This document shows, piece by piece, positions 37,356 through 47,895 of a stretch of DNA of 64,000 bases. The position numbers and the translations under genes are program-made. Under the pieces are notes generated by a model that worked only from the letters and a program-made list of their open reading frames with translations, did not search any database and was not told the origin of the DNA. Location of the stretch: the NCBI RefSeq assembly GCF_028368995.1, contig NZ_JAQNDL010000001.1, positions 2,976,001-3,040,000 on the forward strand, read 5' to 3'. This stretch comes from Nannocystis bainbridge (GTDB lineage Bacteria > Myxococcota_A > Polyangia > Nannocystales > Nannocystaceae). The stretch's first letter is position 1. Each line of letters opens with the position of its first letter.

Positions 37356-39326
37356 GTGACGACGACGTCGAAGCCACGCAGCCCCTCGAGCCGACCCTCC
37401 GCCGAGCGGCCCGTGAAGACCCCGGCCAAGGCCGCAAAGACCAAGTCGACCGCCGCGAAGAGCAAGCCGACCGCCGCCGCGAAACCGGCGAGCCGCGCTG
37501 CGACTACTGCCGCTGCGAAGCCCGCGAATCGCACTCCGACCACCGCGAAACCCGCGAGCCGCACCCCGACGAAACCCAAGCCGACCGCCGCGGCCAGGCC
37601 CGCGAGCCGCACCGCGACGGAGAAGCCCGCGAGCCGCAAGGCCGTCGCCACGCTGACCCCGCGAGCGCTGCGCTCGCCTGCCCAGGCAACGCCGGTCCCC
37701 GTGCCCTCGCGTCACGTTGAGTTCGCCGCCGGGGCGCCCGTGTCGGCCTGGGCCGACGCCAAACGGGCGGTCACGATCGCCGGCGACGGCCCGCCGCAAC
37801 CCGTCGCCCTCAAGCTCCCGAAGGGCGCCGAGATCACCGGCCTGGCCCTCGCCGACGACGGCGCCCGCCTCGGCGTGCGCGTGACCACGCCCGGCCAGGG
37901 CTCGCACATCGTCGTGATCGCGGGAGACGGCACCAGCGTCGCCCACGACGGCTGCGTGGCCGTCGGCTTCGGCGACGCCGGCGAGCTCCACCTCGCGCGC
38001 CCGAAAGAGCTCGTGCACCTGTCGCGCACCGGCGAGCCGATCGGCCAGCCGCGCCTGACCGGCGGCTATCTGGCGGCCCAGCTCCGCAGCGACGGCGCGG
38101 CCTGCTTCCCCAGCTACGGCCAGGTCCGCGTGGTCCTGCCCGACGGCCGCGTGCATGCCCTCGAAGCCGGCACGGGCGCGGTCGCGGCGACGCGCATGCA
38201 CCCCACGCTGCCGCTGGTCGCCGGCCAGTGGGTCGACGAGGGCGTGTTCCGCGTGTTCGGATGGGACGACGGCCGCGTGCTGCTCGAGGTCGCCGCGCCG
38301 TGGTGTCGCGGCGTGCTGAGCTTCGCGTTCGCCCCCGACGGCGGGGCGGTCGCGGCGATCGGCCCCGGCGCGCACGTCTACTCCCTGACGACCGGCGCCG
38401 AGGTGCTGACCTTGCCGGGCGGCCGCGAGATGACCGGCGGCTTCGTCGACGCGACCACGCTGCAAATCGGCGCCGGCCTGCGCACGACCCACCCGCTCGG
38501 CGCCCCGGCGACGATCCAGGCGCCGGTGTTCTCGCTGGCGGTCGCGGCGGACGGGCGGCTCGCGCTCGAGCGCGACGGCGGCGTCGAGCTGCGATCGCTC
38601 ACCACCGGCGAGACGGCGGCCACGCTGCCGGTGACGGGCGCCCAGCGCATCGCGTTCGCCCGCGGCGGCGCGATCGTGATCGTCGCCACCGGCGAGAGCA
38701 CGCTCGCGCTCGACGCGACGACCGGCGCCGAGCTGTTCCGCCGCCCGCACCTCGGCGAGCTGGGGGCGGATCTCGCCGTCGCGCCCGACGGCGCGAGCTT
38801 CGTCGTCGCCGACGCGACGCTGACGCGCGTCGACCTCGACGGCTGGCACCTCACCATCCTCGCCGCCGCCGACACGGGCTTCGCGGCGGTCGCCTGGAGC
38901 GGGGCGACGATCACCGCCCGCCGCGGCGAGGCCATCGTCGCCGTCGACGCAAACTCGGGCGCGCTCACAGCCGAGATGACCGTGAGCCCGGGCGCCGGCC
39001 CGATCGTCGCCACCGCCGTGTTCGGCGGCTCCTTGCTCGCCGCCACCGACGCGGCCCTGTTCGCCGCCACACTCGCGGGCCCGTCACTGCGCGGCAAGCT
39101 GGTCCAGGCCGATCTCGCGGGCCCGGTGGTGGCGAGCCGCGACGGCCAGCGCCTGTTCGTCGCCGTCACCGTCGCCGACGCGAACGAGGCGCGGATCCTC
39201 GACCCTTCCTTCGCGCCGCTCGCCCGCTTCCTCGTCGGCGACGTCACGGCCGCCGCCTTCGACGCCGACAGCACCCGGCTGGTCTTCAGCTGCGACGGTC
39301 AGCTCGAGCTCGTCGATGTTCCCTGA
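37356..39326 (+). CDS. WD40/beta-propeller-like protein with K/A/P/T-rich histone-like N-terminus
   Basis: AAKPASR repeats followed by beta-rich repeats (FAPDG, VAPDG, SRDG). Start estimated. Confidence 0.7.
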   Translation: MTTTSKPRSPSSRPSAERPVKTPAKAAKTKSTAAKSKPTAAAKPASRAATTAAAKPANRTPTTAKPASRTPTKPKPTAAARPASRTATEKPASRKAVATLTPRALRSPAQATPVPVPSRHVEFAAGAPVSAWADAKRAVTIAGDGPPQPVALKLPKGAEITGLALADDGARLGVRVTTPGQGSHIVVIAGDGTSVAHDGCVAVGFGDAGELHLARPKELVHLSRTGEPIGQPRLTGGYLAAQLRSDGAACFPSYGQVRVVLPDGRVHALEAGTGAVAATRMHPTLPLVAGQWVDEGVFRVFGWDDGRVLLEVAAPWCRGVLSFAFAPDGGAVAAIGPGAHVYSLTTGAEVLTLPGGREMTGGFVDATTLQIGAGLRTTHPLGAPATIQAPVFSLAVAADGRLALERDGGVELRSLTTGETAATLPVTGAQRIAFARGGAIVIVATGESTLALDATTGAELFRRPHLGELGADLAVAPDGASFVVADATLTRVDLDGWHLTILAAADTGFAAVAWSGATITARRGEAIVAVDANSGALTAEMTVSPGAGPIVATAVFGGSLLAATDAALFAATLAGPSLRGKLVQADLAGPVVASRDGQRLFVAVTVADANEARILDPSFAPLARFLVGDVTAAAFDADSTRLVFSCDGQLELVDVP

Positions 39327-39393
39327 CCCTCATGACATGTCCATGAGAGCATGTTCTCTACGACATGTTCTATTCGACATGTCTTGAAGAAAA
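39324..39393. repeat. Five phased TGTC-N6-GACA-type units filling a convergent gap
   Basis: TGAC-CCTCAT-GACA|TGTC-CATGAG-AGCA|TGTT-CTCTAC-GACA|TGTT-CTATTC-GACA|TGTC-TTGAAG-AAAA; the first TGA is the upstream stop codon. Confidence 0.88.
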
Positions 39394-39398
39394 CATCA

Positions 39399-40334
39399 TC
39401 AAGGCTGCGCGCGCCCGGGCTCGACCACGTGGACCCGCCGGCCGACCAGGTGCTCCCCCTTATTGAATCCGCGGATCCGGTAGACCGAGCGCACCTTCGG
39501 GTTGTGCGCCCACGCCTGGAAATCGGCGCCCTGCTGCAGGATGTACTCGAACCCCGCGGGCCGGCCCGGCAGCGTGCGCAGCACCTGCCCGCCCGCCAGC
39601 GGCAGCCCCTGCACGTTCGCCCGGAACTCCGGCGTGTACAAAAAGTATTGCTCGATGTTCGACAGGTACAGCAGCCCCACGCGCAGCCCCGCGGCCCGCA
39701 GCGCCTCGCCGACCGCGTGTACCGTGCCCGCGCGGGTGAAGTCGCCGCGCAGCGCGATCACCCGGCCCGCGCGCACCAGCCCCGCCACCCGCTCGTACAG
39801 GCGCGGGTCCGACAGCAGCCATGCGCGGCCCTGGCTCGCCATGTGGCGCTCGAGCTCGGCCAGGCGGCGGGCCACCGCCGGGCGCGCCTCCGTGAAGATC
39901 TCGGCCAGCGCCTCGCCGCCGGCCGCCTCGACCAGCGCCCGCGCCTCCGCCTCGCCTGCGGGCGTCCACAGCCGCGAGAACTCGGCCGGCCCTGGCGCCG
40001 CCGCGAAGAAGGCGGCGTAGATCCGGTGCAGCGCCACGATCGCCGGGTCGAGATCGATCAACACCAGCGCGCGCGCGTCGGCCCAGGCCGCGAGGATGTA
40101 GCCGGGATCGGCCGCCACCGCCACGACCACCTCGCCGACGTCCTGCACCGTGTCGGCGACGAGGTCGAGGTCGCGCTCGTTCGAGGCGAAGTAGTGCAGC
40201 CCGTTCGTCAGCGGCCCGGTGTCGCGGTCGGCCGCCAGCGCTCGCGCGGCCGCGGCGAACGCGTCGAAGTCGGCGCGCGCCGGCGCGGGCAACAGCGCGA
40301 GGACGAACAGGACCGACGATACGAAGCGACGCAC
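39399..40334 (-). CDS. Secreted hypothetical protein
   Basis: Signal peptide (MRRFVSSVLFVLALLPAPARA), YFASNE and LYLSNIEQY motifs. Confidence 0.75.
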   Translation of the reverse strand: MRRFVSSVLFVLALLPAPARADFDAFAAAARALAADRDTGPLTNGLHYFASNERDLDLVADTVQDVGEVVVAVAADPGYILAAWADARALVLIDLDPAIVALHRIYAAFFAAAPGPAEFSRLWTPAGEAEARALVEAAGGEALAEIFTEARPAVARRLAELERHMASQGRAWLLSDPRLYERVAGLVRAGRVIALRGDFTRAGTVHAVGEALRAAGLRVGLLYLSNIEQYFLYTPEFRANVQGLPLAGGQVLRTLPGRPAGFEYILQQGADFQAWAHNPKVRSVYRIRGFNKGEHLVGRRVHVVEPGRAQP

Positions 40335-40371
40335 CGCGGCCTTACGCCCCGGCGCTCGCCGTCATTCCGGC

Positions 40372-40644
40372 TCAGCCGTGGAAGCCGGAGCCGTCCCAGT
40401 GGTGCGCCGGATCGGGGTAGAACAGCGCGCCGCCGGTGTCGCGGTACTCCTGGCAGATCAGCACCAGCCACCCGCCGGGCACGCGGGTTCGATACGTCTC
40501 GATGTTGTTGCTCGCCGTGAGGCGCTCCCACACCACCTGGGGGCGCTTCATCCCGCGCTCGGTCCAGTAGGTCTCGCTGTTGGGGTCGCCTTCGGACTCG
40601 TAGCCGCCCTCGTCATCGCCCCGCATCATGTTGCTGATCGCCAT
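40372..40644 (-). CDS. Small hypothetical protein
   Basis: RTRVPGGWLV...FYPDPAHHWDG; coding-like codon bias. Confidence 0.65.
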   Translation of the reverse strand: MAISNMMRGDDEGGYESEGDPNSETYWTERGMKRPQVVWERLTASNNIETYRTRVPGGWLVLICQEYRDTGGALFYPDPAHHWDGSGFHG

Positions 40645-40736
40645 GGCAAGGGCGATGGTGACATAGCCCCGGGGACGCGACCAGGGGGCGCCCACCATTG
40701 TCGCGTGCGCCCGGCTTTGGCATCTTCGAGGGCCCC

Positions 40737-43700
40737 GTGCACAAGGATGCTCCGGCGGACGCCCCCGATGGCGACTCCTTCGCCGCGCAGTTCGCCGCGG
40801 CCGAGCCTCCGCGCCCGCGCGAGGCGCCCGCCGAGCACGCGCGCGCCCGCCTGGCGGCCCAGTTGTTCGGCGCCGCCTCGCCGGTCCAGCCCCTCGGGCC
40901 CTACGCCGTGCTCCGCGAGCTCGGCCACGGCGCGATGGGCGTGGTGCACGAGGGTCGCGGCCCCGGCGACCAGCAGGTCGCGCTCAAGACCCTGCGCCGG
41001 CCCGACCCCGCGGCGATCGCCCGGCTCAAGCGAGAGTTCCGCAACGTCGTCGACGTCGGCCACGCCAACCTCGTCGCCGTCTACGAGCTCGCCCTCGATC
41101 CGGCGCGCGGCGAGTGGTACATCGCCATGGAATATGTCCCCGGGGACAGCTGGCTCGCGCACCTGCGCCCCGCCGGCGGTCGCGCCCCCGAGGCCGTCAT
41201 CCGCGCTGCGCTCGCCCAGCTGTGCTCCGGCGTCTACGCGCTGCACCGCGCCGGCCTGCTGCACCGCGACCTCAAGCCGTCGAACGTGCTCGTCAGCGGC
41301 GAGGGTCGGCTCAAGATCGTCGATTTCGGGCTGGCGCAGCTGGCCGACGGCGGCTACGAGGGCCTGGCCGGGACCGCCGGCTACCTCGCACCCGAGCTGC
41401 TGGCCGGCGCCCCGCCGTCGCCCGCCAGCGACTGGTTCGCCGTCGGCGTGATGCTCTACGAGGCCCTGTCCGGCCGGCGCCCGCGCGTGCCGCCGGGGCC
41501 GACCCCGATCGACGGCGCCCCGGCCGACCTGCTCGCGCTCTGCCGCGACCTCCTGGCCGAGAACCCGGCCGCGCGCCCGAGCGGCCGCGACCTGCTGCTG
41601 CGCCTCGGCCTCGACGCCCCGCCGACGCCCTCGCCGGTGTTCGTCGGCCGCGCCGGCGAGCTCGCCACCTGCGTCCGCGCCCTCGAACGCCCCCCGGCGC
41701 TGCTCCTCCTGGTCGGCCCCTCCGGCGCCGGCAAGTCGGCCCTGCTGGCCCACCTCGCCGCCGACCTCCGCGACCGCCGCGGCGCCCTCGTCCTCCACGG
41801 CCGCTGCTACGCCGGCGAGTCCGTCCCCTACAAAGCGCTCGACGGCGTGGTCGAGGCGCTCGCCAAGCACCTCGAGACATGTCCTGAAAAACATGTCCTA
41901 TCCACCATGCCCGAAGAGTCAGCCGATCTGCGGCGCGTGTTCCCGGCGCTGCAGCGGGCGGTCGGGGCCACCGGCGGCGCCCTGGCGGCCGGCGCCGTCC
42001 CGCGCGAGACCCGGCGGCGCGCCGTCGCGGCGCTGCGGCGGCTCCTGACCGAGCTGGCGCGCGCGCGGCCGATCGTGCTGGCGATCGACGACCTCCAGTG
42101 GGGCGACGCCGACTCCGCGCGGCTGCTCGGCGAGCTGCTGGCCCCGCCCGACTCGCCGGCGATCGTCGTCGCCGCCAGCGTGCGCAGCGACGTGCGCCCC
42201 ACCTCCGCCTTCTTCGCCGAGCTCGACGCCGCCCCGCTCGCCTGCCCGATCCACGAGGTCGCGCTCGCCCCGCTGGGGCCCGCCGACGCCGAGCAGCTGG
42301 CCGCCACCATCCTGGCCGAAAGGCCAGGTCGCGGCGACGACCCCGGCCTGCGCCAGCGCCTGGCCGCCGCGATCGCCCGCGAGTCGCAGGGCAGCCCGCT
42401 GTTCATCGAGGCCATCGCCCAGCGCCGGGGCGACGCCGCCGCTGACGTCGCTACCTCGCTCGACGGCGCCCTGCAGGCCGAGGTCGCCGCGCTCGAGCCT
42501 GGCGAGCGGCACGCGCTCGAGCGCCTGGCCGTCGCCGGTCGGCCGCTGCGCCGCGACCTCGCGCTGCGGCAGGGCCCCGGCGCCGCCGCCCGCGTGCTCG
42601 ACGGCGCCGCATTGGCGGTCCTCGGCGCGCGCCGGCTGGTCCGCCCGAGCGGCGAGGGCGACAGCGTCGAGACCTACCACGACCGCGTGCGCGAGGTCGT
42701 GCTGCTCCGCCTCGGCGCCGCCGAGCGGCGGGCCCACCACCGCGTCCTCGCCCTCGCCCTCGCCGCCGCCCGCGACCCCGACCCTGACGAGCTGGTGCTC
42801 CATTTCCACGGCGCCGACGAGCGCGAGCTGGCCTGCGCCTGGGCCCTGCGCGCCGCCGAGCGGGCCGCCGCCGCCCTCGCGTTCGCCCGGGCCGCCGCCC
42901 TCTACGAGAAGGCCCTGTCCTGGGGGACATATCCCTCCGAACATGTCCTCAAGTACACTATCGCCCGCGCCGAGGCGCTCGTGCACGCCGGTCGCTGCGC
43001 CGAGGCGGCCCCCGTCTACCTCACCGCCGCCGCGCTGGCCCCGACCCGTTTGCAGGAGCTCGAGCTGCGCGGCCGCGCCGTCGAGCACTACCTCGTCTCG
43101 GGCCGCGTCGACGCCGGCCTGCGCGTGCTCGGCCCGCTGGCCCACGAGCTCGGCCTGCCGTTCCCGGCCTCCACCGCCGGCACCGTCCTGCGCCTCCTCA
43201 CCGAGCTCGCGCGCCTCGCCCTCGCCCGCCGCCGGGCCCCGCGCGAGCCGGTCGCCGCCGCCGACGTGCCCGCCGAGCTGCGCCTGCGCATCGACCTCTG
43301 CTGGTCCGCCGGCAAGGGCCTCGGCTTCATCGACCCCATCCGCGCCGCCGCGATCTCGGCCCAGGGCCTGCGCCTCGCCCTCGCCAGCGGCGAGCCGCGG
43401 CGGATCGCCCGGGCCGCCGCCTACCTCACCATCGTCGACATCAACGCCCCCGACCCGCGCCGGGCCAGCGCCGCCGCCCGCGAGCTGGCCCTCGCCCGCG
43501 GCCTCGCCACGCGCCTGTCCGATCCTCACCTCACCGGCCTCACCACCATCCTCACCGGCGTCGCCGCCCTCAACAACGGCCAGTGGCAGCGCGCCCTCGC
43601 CGGCGTCGAGGCCGGCGCCGACCTCCTGCGCGCCCGCTGCGTCGGCGTCCACTGGGAGCGGGCCATCGCCCACGCCATGGCGATGCACGCCCTCCTCATG

Positions 43701-44408
43701 CTCGGCGATTTCGCCGGCCTGCGCGCCCGCGCCGAGACCTGGCAGCACGAGGCCGAGGACATCGGCGACCGCTTCGCCCTCGTCGTCGCCATCCTCTACA
43801 CCGCCCACGCCGCCCTGGCCGCCGGCGAGCCCGAGCGCGCCCGCGCGGCTGTCCGCAAGGCCCTGTCCTTGTGGACATACGACGGCTTCTCGTTCCAGCA
43901 CTGGATCGCGCTCGGGATCGAGGTCGGCTGCGACCTCCACGACGGCCGCGGCCGCGACGCCTGGGCCCGGGTCGAGCGGGCCTGGCCGGCGCTGGTGCGC
44001 TCGCAGCTGATGCGCATGCAGATCCCCCGCATCGACGCCCGCCGCCTGCGCGCCTGCGCGGCCCTGGCCGCCGCGCGGGCCGGCCAGCCCCACCTGGTGC
44101 GCTTCGCCGCCGCCGACGCCGACGCCCTAGCCCGCGAGCGCATCGAGCTGGCCCACGCCAGCGAAGACCTCATCCGCTCCCAGCTCGCGGCCCTCGACGG
44201 GCGCCCCGCCGACGCCCTGCTGCGACGCGCCGCCGACCGCTTCGGCGCCGGCCACATGCCGGCCCTCGCCGCGGCCGTGCGCCACGGCGAGGCTCGCCTC
44301 GCCGGCCGCGACACTTTTGATGCCGAGCTCGCGCTGGGTCGCTGCGAGATCCGCGACCCGGCCCGCTGGGCCGCGACGGTCGCACCTGCCCTCTACGACA
44401 TGTTCTGA
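40737..44408 (+). CDS. Ser/Thr kinase fused to a STAND-like AAA ATPase and helical repeats
   Basis: LGHGAMGVV, VALK, HRDLKPSN, DFGLA, FVGRAGEL, GPSGAGKS, IDDLQWGD and GSPLFIE. Confidence 0.9.
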   Translation: MHKDAPADAPDGDSFAAQFAAAEPPRPREAPAEHARARLAAQLFGAASPVQPLGPYAVLRELGHGAMGVVHEGRGPGDQQVALKTLRRPDPAAIARLKREFRNVVDVGHANLVAVYELALDPARGEWYIAMEYVPGDSWLAHLRPAGGRAPEAVIRAALAQLCSGVYALHRAGLLHRDLKPSNVLVSGEGRLKIVDFGLAQLADGGYEGLAGTAGYLAPELLAGAPPSPASDWFAVGVMLYEALSGRRPRVPPGPTPIDGAPADLLALCRDLLAENPAARPSGRDLLLRLGLDAPPTPSPVFVGRAGELATCVRALERPPALLLLVGPSGAGKSALLAHLAADLRDRRGALVLHGRCYAGESVPYKALDGVVEALAKHLETCPEKHVLSTMPEESADLRRVFPALQRAVGATGGALAAGAVPRETRRRAVAALRRLLTELARARPIVLAIDDLQWGDADSARLLGELLAPPDSPAIVVAASVRSDVRPTSAFFAELDAAPLACPIHEVALAPLGPADAEQLAATILAERPGRGDDPGLRQRLAAAIARESQGSPLFIEAIAQRRGDAAADVATSLDGALQAEVAALEPGERHALERLAVAGRPLRRDLALRQGPGAAARVLDGAALAVLGARRLVRPSGEGDSVETYHDRVREVVLLRLGAAERRAHHRVLALALAAARDPDPDELVLHFHGADERELACAWALRAAERAAAALAFARAAALYEKALSWGTYPSEHVLKYTIARAEALVHAGRCAEAAPVYLTAAALAPTRLQELELRGRAVEHYLVSGRVDAGLRVLGPLAHELGLPFPASTAGTVLRLLTELARLALARRRAPREPVAAADVPAELRLRIDLCWSAGKGLGFIDPIRAAAISAQGLRLALASGEPRRIARAAAYLTIVDINAPDPRRASAAARELALARGLATRLSDPHLTGLTTILTGVAALNNGQWQRALAGVEAGADLLRARCVGVHWERAIAHAMAMHALLMLGDFAGLRARAETWQHEAEDIGDRFALVVAILYTAHAALAAGEPERARAAVRKALSLWTYDGFSFQHWIALGIEVGCDLHDGRGRDAWARVERAWPALVRSQLMRMQIPRIDARRLRACAALAAARAGQPHLVRFAAADADALARERIELAHASEDLIRSQLAALDGRPADALLRRAADRFGAGHMPALAAAVRHGEARLAGRDTFDAELALGRCEIRDPARWAATVAPALYDMF

Positions 44409-44456
44409 AGAACATTTCTTCAGAGACATGTCTACTTGAACATGTCTCGAAGTATC
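44387..44456. repeat. Five phased TGTC-N6-GACA-type units overlapping the kinase stop codon
   Basis: TGCC-CTCTAC-GACA|TGTT-CTGAAG-AACA|TTTC-TTCAGA-GACA|TGTC-TACTTG-AACA|TGTC-TCGAAG-TATC. Confidence 0.88.
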
Positions 44457-44523
44457 TCGGGCCGCACGCGGCCGTGACCGCGTCGCCCCGGGCTGAGCCA
44501 ATCTCGTCGACGACGCTCGTGCA

Positions 44524-44745
44524 GCGCCGCGTCGACCGACGCGCGGACCGGGACGCGCTCCAGAGCTCGGCACGCGACCGTCACCGCGTCGCCGAGCTAC
44601 CGCTCGCATCGAAGCTCGAGGCTGCGGGTGTCGACGAAGCTGCGCCGCGTCGACCGACGCGCTGACAGAGCCGTGCTCCAGAGCTCGGCACGCGACCGTC
44701 ACCGAGCTAACCGCTCGCATCGAAGCTCGCGCTGCGTCGACCGAT
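44524..44745. repeat. Imperfect ~118-bp intergenic tandem duplication
   Basis: GCGCCGCGTCGACCGACGCGC...GCTCCAGAGCTCGGCACGCGACCGTCACCG...CCGCTCGCATCGAAGCTCG at 44524 and 44642. Confidence 0.8.
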
Positions 44746-44904
44746 GCGCGAGCCGGCCGCCGTCGCAACCTCGGCGACTCGGACCATCCTCCATCTGCAG
44801 GCGGGCCCCTCACGGGCATCGACACGCTGTCTCGCCGATCGAGGTCGCGTGACCCCGACCAGCCCTCGCCACCTGTCCCTTGGGACCTGTCCTCTCGCTA
44901 TCCC

Positions 44905-45525
44905 TCAGTCCGCATTCGGCAGCGCAGCGACCCACCGGTCGAGGTCGAGGTCGACCTCCGGCAGCCCTGCGAGCGCGTCGCCCGCGGCGAGCTCCGCCAT
45001 GTGCCGACGCAGCTGCGCCTTGGCGCCCTGCAGCTTGCCCTTGACCGAGCCCAGGCTGACCCCGAGCGCCGCTGCCAGCTCGCTGTGGCTCATGTGCTCC
45101 CAGTAGTGGAGCTCGAGCAAGATCTGCAGGTCGAGTGGGATCCGCCGCAGCGCCGCCGCCAGCAGCCGCGCCGCCACGGCCTCGTCGACCAGCCTGCTGG
45201 GGCTCGGCCCGAGGTCTTCGAGTGACGTGTGGACCGCGTCGAAGCGCTCGTGCACGTGCTTGCGGTAGTGGGCGTAGAGGATGTTGCGCGCGGTGCCGAA
45301 GAGATACGCCCGCACGCTCGTGATCGACTCGCTGGCGATCCGGTCGCGGCCCTCGACGCACGCCAGCATCGTCTGCTGGATCAGGTCCTCGACGTCGCGC
45401 GACACCTTGCCGGCGAAGAAGCGGTAAAGGCCGTCGAAGTGGCGTTCGAACAATGCATTGCCGGCCGCGAGGTCCCCCTCTCGCCACCGCCTCAGCAGTT
45501 CGCGCTCGTCGTCCACCGCACGCAT
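44905..45525 (-). CDS. ECF RNA polymerase sigma factor
   Basis: ELLRRWREGD..AGNALFERH, VEDLIQQT, YLFGTARN and LELHYWEHMSHSELA..LGVSLGSVK. Confidence 0.92.
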   Translation of the reverse strand: MRAVDDERELLRRWREGDLAAGNALFERHFDGLYRFFAGKVSRDVEDLIQQTMLACVEGRDRIASESITSVRAYLFGTARNILYAHYRKHVHERFDAVHTSLEDLGPSPSRLVDEAVAARLLAAALRRIPLDLQILLELHYWEHMSHSELAAALGVSLGSVKGKLQGAKAQLRRHMAELAAGDALAGLPEVDLDLDRWVAALPNAD

Positions 45526-45768
45526 CGTAGCCGCGTCGCCGACCCGCGTGCCACATCCGAGGAGCCTGCAGGCGCAGGCGCGCAGAGCCCCCTGCTCGCG
45601 CACTGACCTGGCCGGAAGGCCAGGTGCGAAAGGCCTCGCGGGAAACCCGCTAGAGCTCGCTTCGCTGCGGATGTCCGCGCCGTTCTGCCGCGTGAACGCG
45701 ATTATTTGCAGAAAGACAGATCACCGAGCGCGTGGCCATCACTACCTATGTAAACGACAGGACGGCCC

Positions 45769-45996
45769 ATGCCCCCCACCAAGCCCCCGCGAACCTTTGC
45801 AGACGCCACACCTCCGCGCGAGGTGTCTGCACCGGAGCTGTCGTCACGGACCTCGCCACCCCCCGAGGTCGACCCTCTGCGCCAGCTCTTCCGTCGTCAC
45901 GCGAATCACTTTTCTGCCGTCCGCGCCCGGCAGATCCAGCACCGCCTGCGCGACCGCCTCTTCCGCGAAATTCCGGGCGACCCCGAGACCCCCTGA
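45769..45996 (+). CDS. Small hypothetical protein (75 aa), divergent from the ECF sigma
   Basis: ATG preceded by CAGGA; Pro-rich N-terminus then helical RARQIQHRLRDRLF. Confidence 0.4.
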   Translation: MPPTKPPRTFADATPPREVSAPELSSRTSPPPEVDPLRQLFRRHANHFSAVRARQIQHRLRDRLFREIPGDPETP

Positions 45997-46147
45997 GCAC
46001 GCCCCGAAGGCCGCGTCTGCGAGAAATCCCCCGCCGCAGCGCTCGTGTTCCCGGTCGTCGAAGTCGTGCGACTTCCGGTCGCGCTCACGATGCCACGCGC
46101 CGATATTTCTCCGTGACGCACCGGTGAGGCCTTCACGCCGCACGTCG

Positions 46148-46313
46148 CGAGCACGACGCGTTATCGCCGAGGCGCGCGCCTCAGCGCTGGCGGTCGCGGG
46201 CCGCCGTCGAAGTCGGCGGTCACGCGCCGCCGACACTCTCATGCTCACCTCGCGAGCAACGCGTCGCGCTCGCGCGAGCACGACGCGTTTGCGTCACCGC
46301 CGAAGCGCGCGCC

Positions 46314-46340
<27 letters not shown>
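46148..46340. repeat. Direct duplication including the 3' end of the kamA-like gene
   Basis: GCGCGCGCCTCAGCGCTGGCGGTCGCGGGCCGCCGT is identical at 46172 and 46305; GCGAGCACGACGCGTT precedes both copies. Confidence 0.8.
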
Positions 46341-47735
<1,395 letters not shown>

Positions 47736-47895
47736 AGCGGACAAGGTGTAGTCGAAAACCCCGCGCGCCGGCACAGAGGCGCGGATCTTCGCCGCAATCG
47801 CGCCCAACTCGCGGGCTCCGCTGCGAACCTCGCCACGCGCGAGGGGCCCGCACACCTGTCCACGAAGCGCAACGGCGCACACGCCGGGATCTACC

